A stretch of DNA of 64,000 nt, from contig NC_043020.1 in assembly GCF_006345805.1 (NCBI RefSeq), positions 27,838,001 to 27,902,000 of the forward strand. Reading direction: 5' to 3'. Each line of letters starts with the position of its first letter. Position 1 is the stretch's first letter. Under the pieces are notes generated by a model. That model saw only the letters and a list, made by a program, of their open reading frames with translations, ran no database searches and was not told the origin of the DNA. Positions 40,950 through 54,435 of the stretch are shown piece after piece. The DNA is from Octopus sinensis. Its lineage: Eukaryota. Position numbers and translations under genes: made by a program.

Positions 40950-42590
40950 TAAATTAGAGACAAAACCACTATTAGGCAAATCAAACAATGAAAGACTTAA
41001 GCCAATACATATGATTAATTTATATTATTTAAATATGTAACAATTATCAAAAAATATAATTAATATCCACTACGATCGTTTCCTGCCTGCTGTCTTTAAA
41101 TTTTTGAGTCGCAGTCATTCATCAGGTGGTTTAAATATCTAAAATATAATCAATATTTTTAAGATATAAATAATATATATAATATAATAATTTTACTTAT
41201 AATAAACTCTATTATTAAATATAATTATATCGAAATCGACTATAATGTTAAATATTAACTTTAATTTATAAGGTAGAAAACCCATATTCTAATATCAATA
41301 TCAGTCTATATCTAATTACATAAATATTTAAAATGACTAATATATATATAAATTATCAATGAAAATATATATAAATATTATAATCAAGATCTAAAATAAT
41401 CTCTATAAACAATTGTATATAATGAAAACCTAATAAATTTAATTTTTCATATTTAAAGATGAAATAGCTAATTTCAAAATACAAATAAACTAACTTAAAC
41501 TGACTTTCGAAATCTTATGTAAAATACTTATAGAAATATTCAATTCTTAGTAATATAGTATTAATAAATAATATAAGTACTATAAACATAATTATGAATG
41601 GGAATTATTATCTAATATAAATTATGCTATTAAATAAGACATGGCCTAGACCATCTTTAGTCGAAACATATCTAATTTTATCAAAGTTTATCTAATTTAT
41701 TTAATATCTAATAATATAGAAAATTACGATAATTAGATCATTACATAAACAACAATATTTACATAATGAGAATATTATTACTCCAAAGGCTTATACAATA
41801 TTAAAAATTAACAATTTGAAGATCTTAAAAGATACATACTTTTCTTGGCGAGTTTTAAGCAATGAACTATAATTTTGAATCAAAAAACGCCTTATACAGC
41901 GTTTAAAAGAATACTCAAGGAATTACGTTATTAGCAAAACGAAATAGAATAAATTGTTGAGGAATTCTTTGCGCGTGAGGAACCTACGTTAATTAAAGAT
42001 TATGAATGGAAAATTATATGTTTATCATTGTAAAAATAATGAATTCACAAATAAAGAATAAAATCTCTCTATACTATAATATTTATTAATAAAATAACTA
42101 TGATAAATGAAACTTAATACAAAATAAATTAAATGATTAAAAACCACTTATTATTAAATATATTCTAAAAATCTATAAGATTAATAAATACATAAAAAAA
42201 ATAAATTATATAGTAACCCCACTACATATTATAAAATATTTCACATACCCTTATATCATAAGCTAAAATTAGTGATCATAACAAATCTATATATACTAAT
42301 CAAATTTGTAGTATAACCATACATACGTATATATAAATATATAAGAAAATATCCATACATATACATATACATATACATATATACACATATACACATATAC
42401 ATACATATACATACACATATACACATACATACTCAATACATTCATATACATATATACACACATATATACACACACTTACACCCATACACATATGCACACT
42501 CATACATACATGTACATACATACAATACTCAATATATACACTTACACCAATATACCACACCACATACATACAATAAATAAATGCATATAC

Positions 42591-42634
<44 letters not shown>

Positions 42635-44002
42635 CATCAAATACACATATATACAAACACACACATCCACATAAATTATAAATAATATATATATAAATGT
42701 CTATAATCATACTACAATACCTAATAGAGGTAAATATTAAGTTAAATCTAAAAAATTAATCTACTAATCTATACTTCTATATTAAATAAAATGGATTAAG
42801 TAAACAACTAAATAAAACTATTTCAAATATAAAGAGATTACATACAAATAGATTAATATAACAAAATTATAATTTAACGAAATTATAATAGAAATATAAC
42901 AAAAATTTAACAAAATTTATAAAATAAATAAAATTGTAACTTACCAGACTCAATATTCAATAAACCATTAATATTATTATTCAGTAATAAAATATTTAAT
43001 AATACAATGAAAAACCATCTATAATCTAACTATAATTAAAAACAGAACTAAATAACTAAAATAAACTATTATAATATGTACTACAGTCACTTAGTATATT
43101 ATAATACTAGAACATAAACCAATAATAGGGAGCTAATTAAGGCTAATAAATAATTATTATTATCAGAAACTTATTATATAAGTAAAGTAACTTGTGTCTG
43201 CATTTTATTTTGCGCTCATCAGAGGTATTCAATAAATTATCATGCTTATAAAATAAAATTTCCTTAAACTCATTAGAGCACAAATAACAAAAATTCGCTC
43301 CTATAGTATATGATTTAGTTTTACTAATTATTTCCCAAGATAAATTATAATTAATATTTGGGGATTTAAGTCTCCAAATGTACTTGTTAAGTCCAGTGGA
43401 GTTGATTAAGTTTTTATTTTTAAAAGAATTCAAATGTTGTGTGATTCTTAATTTTATTTTAGAGGAAGTGGACCCTATATATATCGCTTTTGAGTTATTA
43501 TTATTCTTAGTATTCTTATCATATAATGTAACTATACATTTATACACTACATCATTAATATCACATTTATTATTTAATTTACATTTAGATTTATCTCTAC
43601 ATGTACAGTTAATTAGTGTCTTGTCTCTATTATTTGTATTATTAAATAATTTATTTTTATAAAAATTATTCAGTTTAAATTTGTTAAAAGAAGAAATAAT
43701 GTTACCTACACTATTAGTGGTGGAATAACCTACTCCAAAATTATTACTAGAGAAAATGTTTTTATATTTACGATTATCTCGATTAAATAGTTCAATAATA
43801 TCTAAAATATCTTTAATAATGTTCGTTTTAACTTGAGCACCATAAGGAACTATTAACCAAATTTTATTCTTATTTACCTTCTTATTATTAAAACTGTCAT
43901 TTATTTGTTGTAATTATATTTCTTTATCATATTAATATTATTATTATTATCAGATTTACATTTATATACAACATTAAAGAATTATTAAAGTTATTAATTT
44001 TA

Positions 44003-44038
<36 letters not shown>

Positions 44039-44700
44039 TTTATTTTATTCTTATTTTTATTTATATTATTTTTATTTTTATAATTTCTTCTATATTTTAC
44101 CACTATTACTAACAAATTATTATAATTATTATTAATATTTCATCTCTAAAATTATTAGTTATATCTTTATCATTATTTTTAATATAAAATTTAATATTAC
44201 TATTATAACCTGCCTCTCTAAGGGCCTCATTATAATAAGGAGCATGTTTATTAAAAATCTATATATCATAAGAAAGTAATGATATACGTTTACTTATATT
44301 ATTAATCAACGATTTTTTAATTGATGGTGGGTGATTACTATTAACATTTATATATCTAAGGTTCTCATTAAGTTTATGATATGGTTGTGTTTTACCTGTA
44401 ATTAGATTAAAATTAACATCTAAATAATTAACATTAAAATTCTCATTATATATAGTGATACTTAAACCATATCTTTTAAAGAAACTATAAAGTTTTTTTC
44501 TTATATACTTCTGGGTTCCTATTAGTGCAATTCTTAGTAATTAGTAGAAGGTCATCACTATATAAACCACCCTCTATCTTTAAATTTTCTAATTGGAGTT
44601 CAGATAAAAGATAAATACCTACTAAATCCGGAAAGCACAATCCCTATCTATAATGGAATAAATGTGGTGATAATTTTTGCATCCGGTACTAAGGCAGCTG
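40950..44700 (-). mobile_element. Degenerate, very AT-rich Penelope-like element (RT C-terminus, GIY-YIG, 3' hammerhead)
   Basis: ORF 43143..43547: YKCIV...IYIGST...RITQHLNSFK...LSWEII...CYLC..E...KCRHK. RT remnants at 44250-44570 (LYSDDL, SNHPPSIKKS). Boundaries are approximate. Confidence 0.78.
41067..41129 (-). ncRNA. Type I hammerhead ribozyme
   Basis: Minus strand: CCAC-CTGATGA-ATGACTGC...GCAGGCAG-GAAACGATCGTA-GTGG, with palindromic stem III ACGATCGT. Confidence 0.78.
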
Positions 44701-45189
44701 AAATAAAGTTATAATGAAAGGAAACCATAAATGAGAAGAAGAAGAAGAGAAGAGAAAAAGGAGAAGCGAAGAGAAGAAGAAGAAGAAGAAGACGAAGAGA
44801 AGAAGAAGAGAAGAGAAGAAGAGAAAGAGAAGAAGAAGAAGAAGAAGAAGAAGAAGAAGAAGAAGAAGAAGAAGAAGAAGAAGAAGAAGAAGAAGAAGGA
44901 GACCGACAACGACAAAAGTTTTATTATAGTTATAATAATAGCGGTTCCACCAACAACCATGGCGACTGCACCAGATTAAGCAGCACCCAAGAAATAGGAA
45001 TATTTACTCTGTCACAAATACTACTAACATGACTAATATTAACAATAATAGCGTGTATAATACTGACAACACCTTGGAATGTAACAAATACAAGGGATAT
45101 GAATGTAATGGACCCAATTCAACCGGTGATAGATTTCTTAGTCATACCAATAACAGCACACGTAATACAAAGGATCCTAAACTAAATAA

Positions 45190-45365
45190 CTCCGTGTGTA
45201 ACTGCGAAAATACCTCTATATGTCCATTGCAAAACAACTGCAGATGATTCAATTTCGTTTATAAGTGCACGGTCCTTAACAAACAGCAAAACTCTATCAA
45301 GGTATAATCGGAGCAAACGTCAATTTTAAACGTCGAGACTCAGTTCACCTGAGCTCTTTTAAATT
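45190..45365 (+). mobile_element. Penelope-like GIY-YIG fragment
   Basis: CNCENTSICPLQNNCR*FNFVYKCTV matches the CNC....CPL...C....VYK motif of PLE endonucleases. Confidence 0.6.
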
Positions 45366-45807
45366 CAAGTAAACACAAGAAATCTATATTCACTGTAAAT
45401 CTACCTTGAATTAATATATTTACTTTTTTGTTTTATTTTATTGTTTTTAACCTTTTATAATCACTTTATTCTTCTTCTAGCGACTACTTTATACATTTTC
45501 ACTTTCCAAACAACTTACAATCCAAATATTATCTTATTTAAATTAAATACTATTTAAATTAAATACTGTTTAAATTGAATTTATATATTTACTTCATTTT
45601 ATTTCATTTTGTTTTAATTTGTTACACATCACTTTATTATTTAGCCAAGCTACAAATTAACATGTTCTTCGCTCTTCTCTCAACTTTCAGTTTAAATACT
45701 ACTTATTTATAGTTACAATCCCCCAATCTCTCAGAACCCTATATAAGCACGTTGGCTTTAACCCTGACCCGAGTTACCTCTCTACCCTATAGTTTCTTTT
45801 TCTGTGC

Positions 45808-45869
<62 letters not shown>

Positions 45870-46027
45870 TATGTTTATGTTTTCCAGTTTCAGCTCTTGA
45901 GCTGTGGCCATGCTGGGGCACCGCCATTGCAATGATCCTTCCGCATATACATATATGTACATACATATAAAGAGATATTTTTTCTCTCCGTGTGTGAGAG
46001 AGTGTGTGTGAGAGAGAGAGAGAGAGA

Positions 46028-46061
<34 letters not shown>

Positions 46062-46073
46062 GAGAGTGTGTGT

Positions 46074-46114
<41 letters not shown>

Positions 46115-46139
46115 TGTGTGTGTGTGTGTGTGTGAGTGT

Positions 46140-46179
<40 letters not shown>

Positions 46180-46444
46180 TGATAAATATTCATAACAAAT
46201 GATCTGGTTGTTTATCTGGGACACGAGTAATTTATTCATTAACACGAATTCACATCCGCTTGCGCAAGCGCACCAACTCCATACGCAACAAGACCTTTTC
46301 TGATCATTATGTTTGTGAAAAACAAATTTGAGAAGGTCAGATGGATCGTTTGTCACTGGCGATTAGAAACTCAACCTTGCGCAATTGGCCATTACTTTAT
46401 GTACTGGAAGATGATACACTGTGAAGAGACTCATACGTAGGTTA

Positions 46445-47302
46445 CGCTGTGGTAATCCGGATTAACGACGACGAAAACTGCTAGGCGCTGTACTAATCCG
46501 GATTAACAACGACGAAGACTGCAAGGCGCTGTAGTAATCAGGATTAACAACGACGAAAACTGCCAGGCGCTGTACTAATCCGGATTAAATACGACGAAAA
46601 TTGCCAGGCGCTGTACTAATCCGGATTAACAACGACGAAAACTGCCAGGCGCTGTACTAATCCGGATTAAATACGACGAAAATTGCCAGGCGCTGTACTA
46701 AGCCGGATTAACAACGACGAAAACTGCCAGGCGCTGTAGTAATCTGGATTAACAACGACGAAAACTGCTAGGTGCTGTACTAATCCGGATTAACAACGAC
46801 GAAAACTGCTAGGCGCTGTAGTAATCTGGATTAACAACGACGAAAACTGCTAGGTGCTGTACTAATCCGGATTAACAACGACGAAAACTGCCAGGCGCTG
46901 TACTAATCCGGATTAAATACGACGAAAATTGCCAGGCGCTGTACTAATCCGGATTAACAACGACGAAAACTGCCAGGCGCTGTAGTAATCTGGATTAACA
47001 ACGACGAAAACTGCTAGGTGCTGTACTAATCCGGATTAACAACGACGAAAACTGCTAGGCGCTGTAGTAATCTGGATTAACAACGACGAAAACTGCTAGG
47101 TGCTGTACTAATCCGGATTAACAACGACGAAAACTGCTAGGCGCTGTAGTAATCTGGATTAACAACGACGAAAACTGCTAGGTGCTGTACTAATCCGGAT
47201 TAACAACGACGAAAACTGCTAGGCGCTGTAGTAATCTGGATTAACAACGACGAAAACTGCTAGGTGCTGTACTAATCCGGATTAACAACGACGAAAACTG
47301 CC
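46445..47302. repeat. 41-bp minisatellite, about 21 copies, with a TAATCCGGATTA palindrome
   Basis: Unit GGCGCTGTACTAATCCGGATTAACAACGACGAAAACTGC(T/C)A; alternating variants form an 82-bp higher-order repeat at the 3' end. Confidence 0.95.
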
Positions 47303-47357
47303 ATTGCATATCAGTTCCCAGGATAAACAAGATGAAGCTGACAAACAAACTGTAAGT
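47268..47357 (+). promoter_or_regulatory. 3' end of the putative first exon of SLC17 copy 6; donor ACT|GTAAGT (GT at 47352)
   Basis: Aligns without gaps over about 90 nt to the exon-1 ends of copies 4 and 5 (GCCATTG.ATA, CCAGGA, TGACAAA.AAAC.GTAAGT). Confidence 0.68.
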
Positions 47358-47408
47358 ATAATAAAACTCGCAGGCACGCGCATGCGCAGAAATGTCTAAA
47401 TGAATACA

Positions 47409-47440
<32 letters not shown>

Positions 47441-47723
47441 TGAGTGTCTTTATGTCTGTCTTTGTCTCTCTTCACCGATGTTAGTCTCCTTACGTCTCGA
47501 TAACTTAGCAGTTCGACAATTGGTACCGATACAGTAAGTACTCGGGTTTTAAAATAAAAGTTCTATGATCGATTCGCTCGACTAAAATGCCTCAAGGCGG
47601 TGCCCCAGCATGGCCACACATCTCATGACTGAAACAAATAAAACATAAAAGATATATGTGTGTGCGTGTGTGTATATATACATACACAGACACACAGAAT
47701 TTTATAGTATGTATGTATGTATG

Positions 47724-47754
<31 letters not shown>

Positions 47755-48247
47755 GTATGTGTGTATGTGTGTATGTATGTATGTATGTGTGTATGTATGT
47801 ATGTATGTATGTATGTATGTATGTATGTATGTATGTATGTATGTATGCATGCATGTATAGATGCAGGTCTGAAGATAGGTAGATCGTCGGTAGGACGATA
47901 GATGAAAATATTTTCATTTATAATATTTAATATTTTCATCTTGTTCTTCACTATTTCTCCATCTTTCTTTCTGTCTCTCTCTTCGCTCCTTCGCCGTTCT
48001 CTTTCGCACCTCTTCTTCTCTTTCTTTCCTTCTCTCCATTCCTCTGCCACCGTCTCCACCACTGCGAGCCAAGCCCTTCATTCTTCCATTTTATTCTGTC
48101 TTTCCGTTTGATAACTTTTCTTCCTTCCTTCTTCCCTTCTACTTTGCTACTGTCGCTCGGCGGCTCATTGACCGTCGGTTTCTCTGAATCTGAGCGAAAG
48201 GCCAACGCCCGTTTGTGTTTTTCCTTCAATATTTATGTATTTATAAG

Positions 48248-49123
48248 GGCGGCGAGCTGGCAGGATCGTTAGCACGACGGGCGAAATGCTTAGCAGTATT
48301 TCATCCGCCGCTACGTTCTGAGTTCAAATTCCGCCGAGGTCGACTTTGCTTTTCATCCTTTCGGGGTCGATCAAATAAGAACCAGTTACGCACTGGCGTC
48401 GATATAATCGACTTAATCCGTTTGTCTGTCCTTGTTTGTCCTCTCTGCGTTTAGCCCCTTGTGGGTAGTAAAGAAATAGAAATAGGTATTTCGTCTGTCG
48501 TTACGTTCTGAGTTCAAATTCCGCCGAGGTCCACTTTGCCTTTCATCCTTTCGGGGTCGATTAAATAAGTACCAGTTACACAATGGCGTCGATATAATCG
48601 ACTTAATCCGTTTGTCTGTCCTTGTTTGTCCTCTCTGCGTTTAGCCCCTTGTGGGTAGTAAAGAAATAGGTATTTCGTCTGTCGTTACGTTCTGAGTTCA
48701 AATTCCGCCGAGGTCGACTTTGCCTTTCATCCTTTCGGGGTCGATCAAATATGTACCAGTTACACACTGGCGTCGATATAATCGACTTAATCCGTTTGTC
48801 TGTCCTTGTTTGTCCTCTCTGCGTTTAGCCCCTTGTGGGTAGTAAAAGAAATAGGTATTTCGTCTGTCGTTACGTTCTGAGTTCAAATTTCGCCGAGGTC
48901 CACTTTGCCTTTCATCCTTTCGGGGTCGATCAAATAAGTACCAGTTACACACTGGCGTCGATATAATCGACTTAATCCGTTTGTCTGTCCTTGTTTGTCC
49001 TCTCTGCGTTTAGCCCCTTGTGGGTAGTAAAGAAATAGGTATTTCGTCTGTCGTTACGTTGTGAGTTCAAATTCCGCCGAGGTCCACTTTGCCTTTCATC
49101 CTTTCGATGTCGATTAAATAAGT
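48248..49123 (+). mobile_element. tRNA-derived SINE, family B (Nin/Deu-like domain), with its body tandemly repeated about 4.5 times (~184 bp)
   Basis: Single head GGCGGCGAGCTGGCAG; repeated GAGTTCAAATTCCGCCGAGGTC...CCTTTCATCCTTTCGGGGTCGAT. Confidence 0.85.
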
Positions 49124-50149
49124 AAATAATTAAGTAAAGTACAAAATAATAAATAAATAATATATAATCGGTAAAAAGACTACACGTATTTTGTGGCTAT
49201 ATTTTCAAACTGATAACAGTAAAATCAATTTATTAATGAAAATGACGAAATATATTTAAGCTTATAAAACTAAAGAATAAAAGAACTACAAAACTATAAA
49301 TGACTATTTACTAGAAAATTTAAAGTCCAAATAATTATTACATACATTAATAAATTTATTCTATTTTTTACACAACGCCTTTACGAGTTAAATTTCTTAT
49401 AAACGCTAAGTCCTGCGTTTTTACGTTTAAAATTCAGTTTTAAAATGTCCTTCGATAAGATAAGTAACGTATTTATATAACAATATTATTGTGTGAATAT
49501 GTTATCAGATGGTACCTACAGTGAGACAGGCATTGTTAAATCACGTGTAAGGCGCTGAAACAAAGAAAGAAAGCTAGCAGTCCTAGCTGTGGGCAGTTTA
49601 CAAGCTGACTGCCCAAAGGGAAAAAATAGGCTGAGTCTTGTCAGTTGAGCTCCTTATATGCCTTTTATCACTTCCGTTATCTCACGTGCTTGGTAAGATG
49701 TTTGGTGGTATGTTTCGATATTTAATCCGTGGTGGGGTTTGTCTTCTAGTGAGTTCTGTTATTTCGTTATGTATCTGAAGGGGTAACTGCTTTGAAGTTG
49801 GTAAAGAGGAACGCTGTGGTATGGCGTCAATCCGTCACAGCCCTAAACAAAAACCGAGCTTCTCTCAGCTTGCAGCCACATACGAAATCACTTGCAGGTC
49901 AACTTTGAAGAAGATCCACCTCTGGATACCTGATGAAAAACGAATGTCGCCAACAACACGTAACCAATCACGTGTCAAACCACATGACTATCCCCACAGA
50001 AAACCACATAACAGCTTCAGGTAACAGAAATAACAGCAGTTTACCAAGAAATCTATGTGGTAGACTCCACACACTTCTCATAAATGTTATAAATAATTAA
50101 TCGACTGGAGAGTTCTGCATGTGTGTACGCGAGTTCGTATGTGTGTGTG

Positions 50150-50205
<56 letters not shown>

Positions 50206-50530
50206 CGCGTGTGTGCGTATTTGCACGCGCCTGCAAATATCTTCATACTTACTGGATCTTTGTGACCCCGTTGTGAAATGACACTTACGGTTGATGGTAA
50301 CCAGGCCTACAATAAGATATGAACGCCCTCTATCGTTTAAGAGTAACTATCTTCCATTGAGTTCGTTTAAATTGTGTAATTTTCCAGTTGACTTAAGAAA
50401 CAAATTTCTCGTGACTTATTTGGTAACAATCTTTAAAATATCCAGAGAGCATTAGAATCGCTTCGTTTTCAACAAAAATGGAGGACATTAATACTGAGCG
50501 TGTAAGTATATATAGGTGTGTGTGTGTGCG

Positions 50531-50578
<48 letters not shown>

Positions 50579-51025
50579 TGTGTTTCTGTAAGAGTACATA
50601 TAAACGATGCAATTATATAACGACTCTACTGCTATGTTAACATTGTTTTGTTTCAGTGCGATACACTACAGTATATGTGTGTGTGTGTGTGTGTTGTATG
50701 CATGTGTGTATGTGTTTGCGTGTGTGTGTGTGTGTGTATGTGTGTGCTTGTGTTCAGTGCGACAGAATATGCCTAGAAATTTTAGCCAACACTGAAAGTA
50801 CAGCCTAATCTCTCATGCGTCTGACCCCTAAATACAAAATATTCCTGGGCAGCGAATGAGGAATCAACAGGATTAGCTTTGATATTCTTGCGAGATTCCA
50901 TCAACGACTGAATGTTCTCTTTAACTGTACACGGAGATGCTGACTATCGTGTGTTCTCCTATCATAAACGACAGATGAGGGTTCCTGAATGTCAGACGAT
51001 TCGTTTATAGTGATCAAAGGTTTAT

Positions 51026-51410
51026 GGAGGCGCAATGGCCCAGTGGTTAGGGCAGCGGATTCGCGGTCGTAGGATCGCGGTTTCGATACCCAGACCGGGC
51101 GTTGTGAGTGTTTATTGAGCGAAAACACCTAAAAGAGCTCCACGAGGCTCCGGCAGTGGATGGTGGTGATCCCTGCTGTACTCTTTCACCACAACTTTCT
51201 CTCACTCTTACTTCCTGTTTCTGCTGTACCTGTATTTCAAAGGGCCGCCCTTGTCACTCTCTGTGTCACGCTGAATATCTCCGAGAACTACGTTAAGGGT
51301 ACACGTGTCTGTGGAGTGCTCAGCCACTTACTCGTTAATTTCACGAGCAGGCTGTTCCGTTGATCGGATCAACCGGAACCCTCGTCGTCGTAACCGACGG
51401 AGTGCTTCCA
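51026..51410 (+). mobile_element. tRNA-derived SINE, family C
   Basis: GGAGGCGCAATGGCCCAGTGGTTAGGGCAGCGGA...GGTTTCGAT.CCC head (A/B-box-like); near-identical to 55760-56145. Confidence 0.88.
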
Positions 51411-51683
51411 TTCATGGTGTACACTAAGCAAATATGGAAAATAATACGTGCGCGCGCACAATCCACGCACATACGAACACACATGCGCACACACAAACAC
51501 ACGCACACATACACACACAGGGCTCTAATGAATGACAAAATCTTGCATCAATTAAAACGTACCCGCAAAATAAGAAGAACTATGAAAGTATATAATATCA
51601 CAAACGCTATAATACCGTCAGGGATATGATACTATCAGCCGTGTATGATAACATTATATGTATAAATTATCGATAATATTATC

Positions 51684-52736
51684 AATGTTATCAATTTTAG
51701 AAACCATATTGATCCCGATGATTTACTATTGATTTCTTACATTTCAGAGAATGCGCCACAATTGATTAATTCTTGCCTGAACTAAGAACATAAGGATACG
51801 TAAAGAAATATTCAAAGAACTTTATTTCACCAATTCTACTTCACAGACATTTTTCACTGAATGAATATTTCCTAAAGCTGGACTTCTGTTTTTGCCACAA
51901 GGAAAGGAGCACACAAAATTACTCAACACGGAATAGAAACTACACAAAAGACGCCACCACACTGTTATACTGCACTAACATAAAGTATAACTAGATAACG
52001 AATACATTCTGAAATGCAAATACAAGTTTCCTGGAGTTTACTACCAGTCTATATCGCAGTTTTAGTGAGAATACTCTTAAACAAACCAAAGCTGATTTGA
52101 ACACGCATATTTCAATAACCAGTCAGTTACCACATTCCCTTAAATGCTTTCTAAAATAGCTATTAAGGTGATATATTCACAGCAGACATAGAAGGAACTG
52201 GTTGATGCCATGTTGTAGTTTTCCCAAACATTAAAGTGTTTAAAAGAACCTTAGATTCCGTGTCACCTGTGTCTTCCTGTCACACCGCTGCGCCTTCTCG
52301 GTTAACCTTATTTCTCGATTGTAATCTTGTCTTGACGACTATTTCTAATTAACCAGAAACGAAATATGTTATTAAATGAGCGTAACTGATGTGAATCGAT
52401 AAATGGCATCCATGTTTAACGATAACAAATTGCAAATTATAACAATTATCGTGAAATATAACTGTACAAAAGGCAGCTTCTTCCTCATTTTTGAAGAACA
52501 TATTTCATTCAATGAAAAACATATTTGAGACCCAAGCAAACGGCTTTTATCTGATGTGGTTATAACAAAGCAAACAATATGATGACCTAATCAAATAAAT
52601 ATGATGACCTAATCAAATAAATTACATTGCCTCAATTGTCTGTTAATATTTGTTTCAACATTTAGGATTTACATTAATCATCAATTGATATACTTTCAAA
52701 CAAAGCATTGTAAGGATCGGTCGAAAGGACGCAATA
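51684..52736 (+). promoter_or_regulatory. Splice acceptor (AG 51746-51747) and leader of SLC17 copy 6
   Basis: TTGATTTCTTACATTTCAG|AGAATGCGCC followed by the homologous leader. Confidence 0.7.
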
Positions 52737-54200
52737 ATGTCGAAATTTACCAGTTGTATTAAGCGTTACTGTTCGTGTCGATGGAGACTGTGCTACGCCT
52801 GTGCTATTGCTTTTCTTCTCACGCAAACATTAAGAGTCGATCTGAGCATGGCTTTTGTGTGTATGTTGAAAACGCCCAATCGTACAACTGAGGAACTTAA
52901 CATTACTGCAAATAATCATCATTGTTCTGGTTTAAATGATCATTCTCCGAATCAAAATTACGAAGGGGAATTAGAATGGAGCGATACATTACAATCAAAC
53001 ATGTTGGCCGGTTTCTTCTATGGATACGTATCGACTAATATTTTGGCTGGTGTATTGGCAGACAAATACGGTGGGAAAAGAGTTTTAGGGGTTTCCTTTC
53101 TCTCAGCATCAATTTTGACCATTCTTCACCCAAGTTTATCTCGAATTAGTGGTTACATTACTCTGGTTCTAAGGATATTAACAGGTGTGGCTTTAGGATC
53201 GATATTTCCAGGAATCCAGTCCTTGTTTGGACGTTGGGTCCCTCCAGAGCAAATTAGTTTATTTGTAGGGATTACACTGGCTGGTCAAATTCTCGGGAAT
53301 ATATTAGGCTTTTCAATATCAGGTTTTCTTTGTGTGTATGGTTTTGATAATGGATGGGGTTCTATATTTTATATATTTGGTGGAATATGTTTGGTTTTTA
53401 GTTGTGTGTGGTTTTATGTTGTTTACGACAATCCAGACGTCCACCCCACTATCAGCGAAGAAGAACGTTCTTACTTAAACAAAACTATTACAAGTGAAAA
53501 AGAAGTTAAGAAAATACCTTGGAAGCCAATGCTATCCTCACCTGCTTTGTGGGCAATTACTTTCGGTTTATTTGCTTATGGCTGGACTGATTTATCTTTC
53601 CAGACATTGCTTCCTCTGTATATGAAAGAAGCCTTAAACGTTAAAACCACAACCAACGGTTTAATGTCGTCTGCTCCTTCGATTGGACAAATCTTCGCTT
53701 TACCTTTGTGGGGGAAACTTGCTGATGTTTTACGTTCAAAGAAATGTCTGTCAACTCGTTCTGTGCGAGTTTTATTCCACACTTTGTCTATGTTAGGTTC
53801 AGCAAGTCTGCTAATTGCCATAGGATTCCTCAGATGTGACCAAACCATTCTAATAAGTCTCCTTTTGTTTTTCAGTGGTATAATAATGTCGTTTTCTAGT
53901 GGTTCTGTTTTCGTCAATCACAATGACATTGCTCCAAGTTATGCTGGTATTGTGTTTGGAATTGCCAACACTTTCGCCACAACGTCTGGCAGTATTAGTT
54001 CCTTAACTACAAAAGCCTTAACCCCAAACGGTACACAACAAGAATGGCAACTCGTGTTTGCCTTATGTGCCGCTATATGTGTGTGTGGTGCGATATTGTA
54101 TGCAACTATGGCAAGAGGCGAAATCCAAGAATGGGCGCGTAGCGACGAGTCTGGCGTATCTGTTCATCTCAAAGACACAAAAAGAGAGAAAACAGTCTAA
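52737..54200 (+). CDS. SLC17/sialin-like transporter, paralogue 6 (487 aa, appears the most divergent)
   Basis: Intact ORF with all SLC17 motifs. Confidence 0.93.
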   Translation: MSKFTSCIKRYCSCRWRLCYACAIAFLLTQTLRVDLSMAFVCMLKTPNRTTEELNITANNHHCSGLNDHSPNQNYEGELEWSDTLQSNMLAGFFYGYVSTNILAGVLADKYGGKRVLGVSFLSASILTILHPSLSRISGYITLVLRILTGVALGSIFPGIQSLFGRWVPPEQISLFVGITLAGQILGNILGFSISGFLCVYGFDNGWGSIFYIFGGICLVFSCVWFYVVYDNPDVHPTISEEERSYLNKTITSEKEVKKIPWKPMLSSPALWAITFGLFAYGWTDLSFQTLLPLYMKEALNVKTTTNGLMSSAPSIGQIFALPLWGKLADVLRSKKCLSTRSVRVLFHTLSMLGSASLLIAIGFLRCDQTILISLLLFFSGIIMSFSSGSVFVNHNDIAPSYAGIVFGIANTFATTSGSISSLTTKALTPNGTQQEWQLVFALCAAICVCGAILYATMARGEIQEWARSDESGVSVHLKDTKREKTV

Positions 54201-54287
54201 ATAGCTTTCTGAGAATTTACAAGCAAGTGCACGTGACATTGTTATTGTATCTAGCAATACATAGGTGTGTTTATATACGTCTGTATG

Positions 54288-54320
<33 letters not shown>

Positions 54321-54356
54321 AAGAATTATTATTGTTATTATTATTATTATTATTAT

Positions 54357-54435
54357 TATTAATAGTTATCGCCATACTAATATGGTAGTCTTATATTTAT
54401 AGACTACCATATTAGTATGGCGATAACTATTAATA
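54357..54435. repeat. Perfect inverted repeat (about 34-bp arms) 160 bp after the copy-6 stop
   Basis: ATTAATAGTTATCGCCATACTAATATGGTAGTCT ... AGACTACCATATTAGTATGGCGATAACTATTAAT. Confidence 0.9.

Noticed and set aside
46445-47302. 41-bp palindromic repeat array resembling a CRISPR array
   Set aside because: Units are contiguous with no unique spacers, there are no cas genes, and the context is eukaryotic.
51026-51100. tRNA-like sequences (also 55760, 48248, 17450)
   Set aside because: They are SINE heads continuing into repeated bodies, one with a target-site duplication, not stand-alone tRNA genes.
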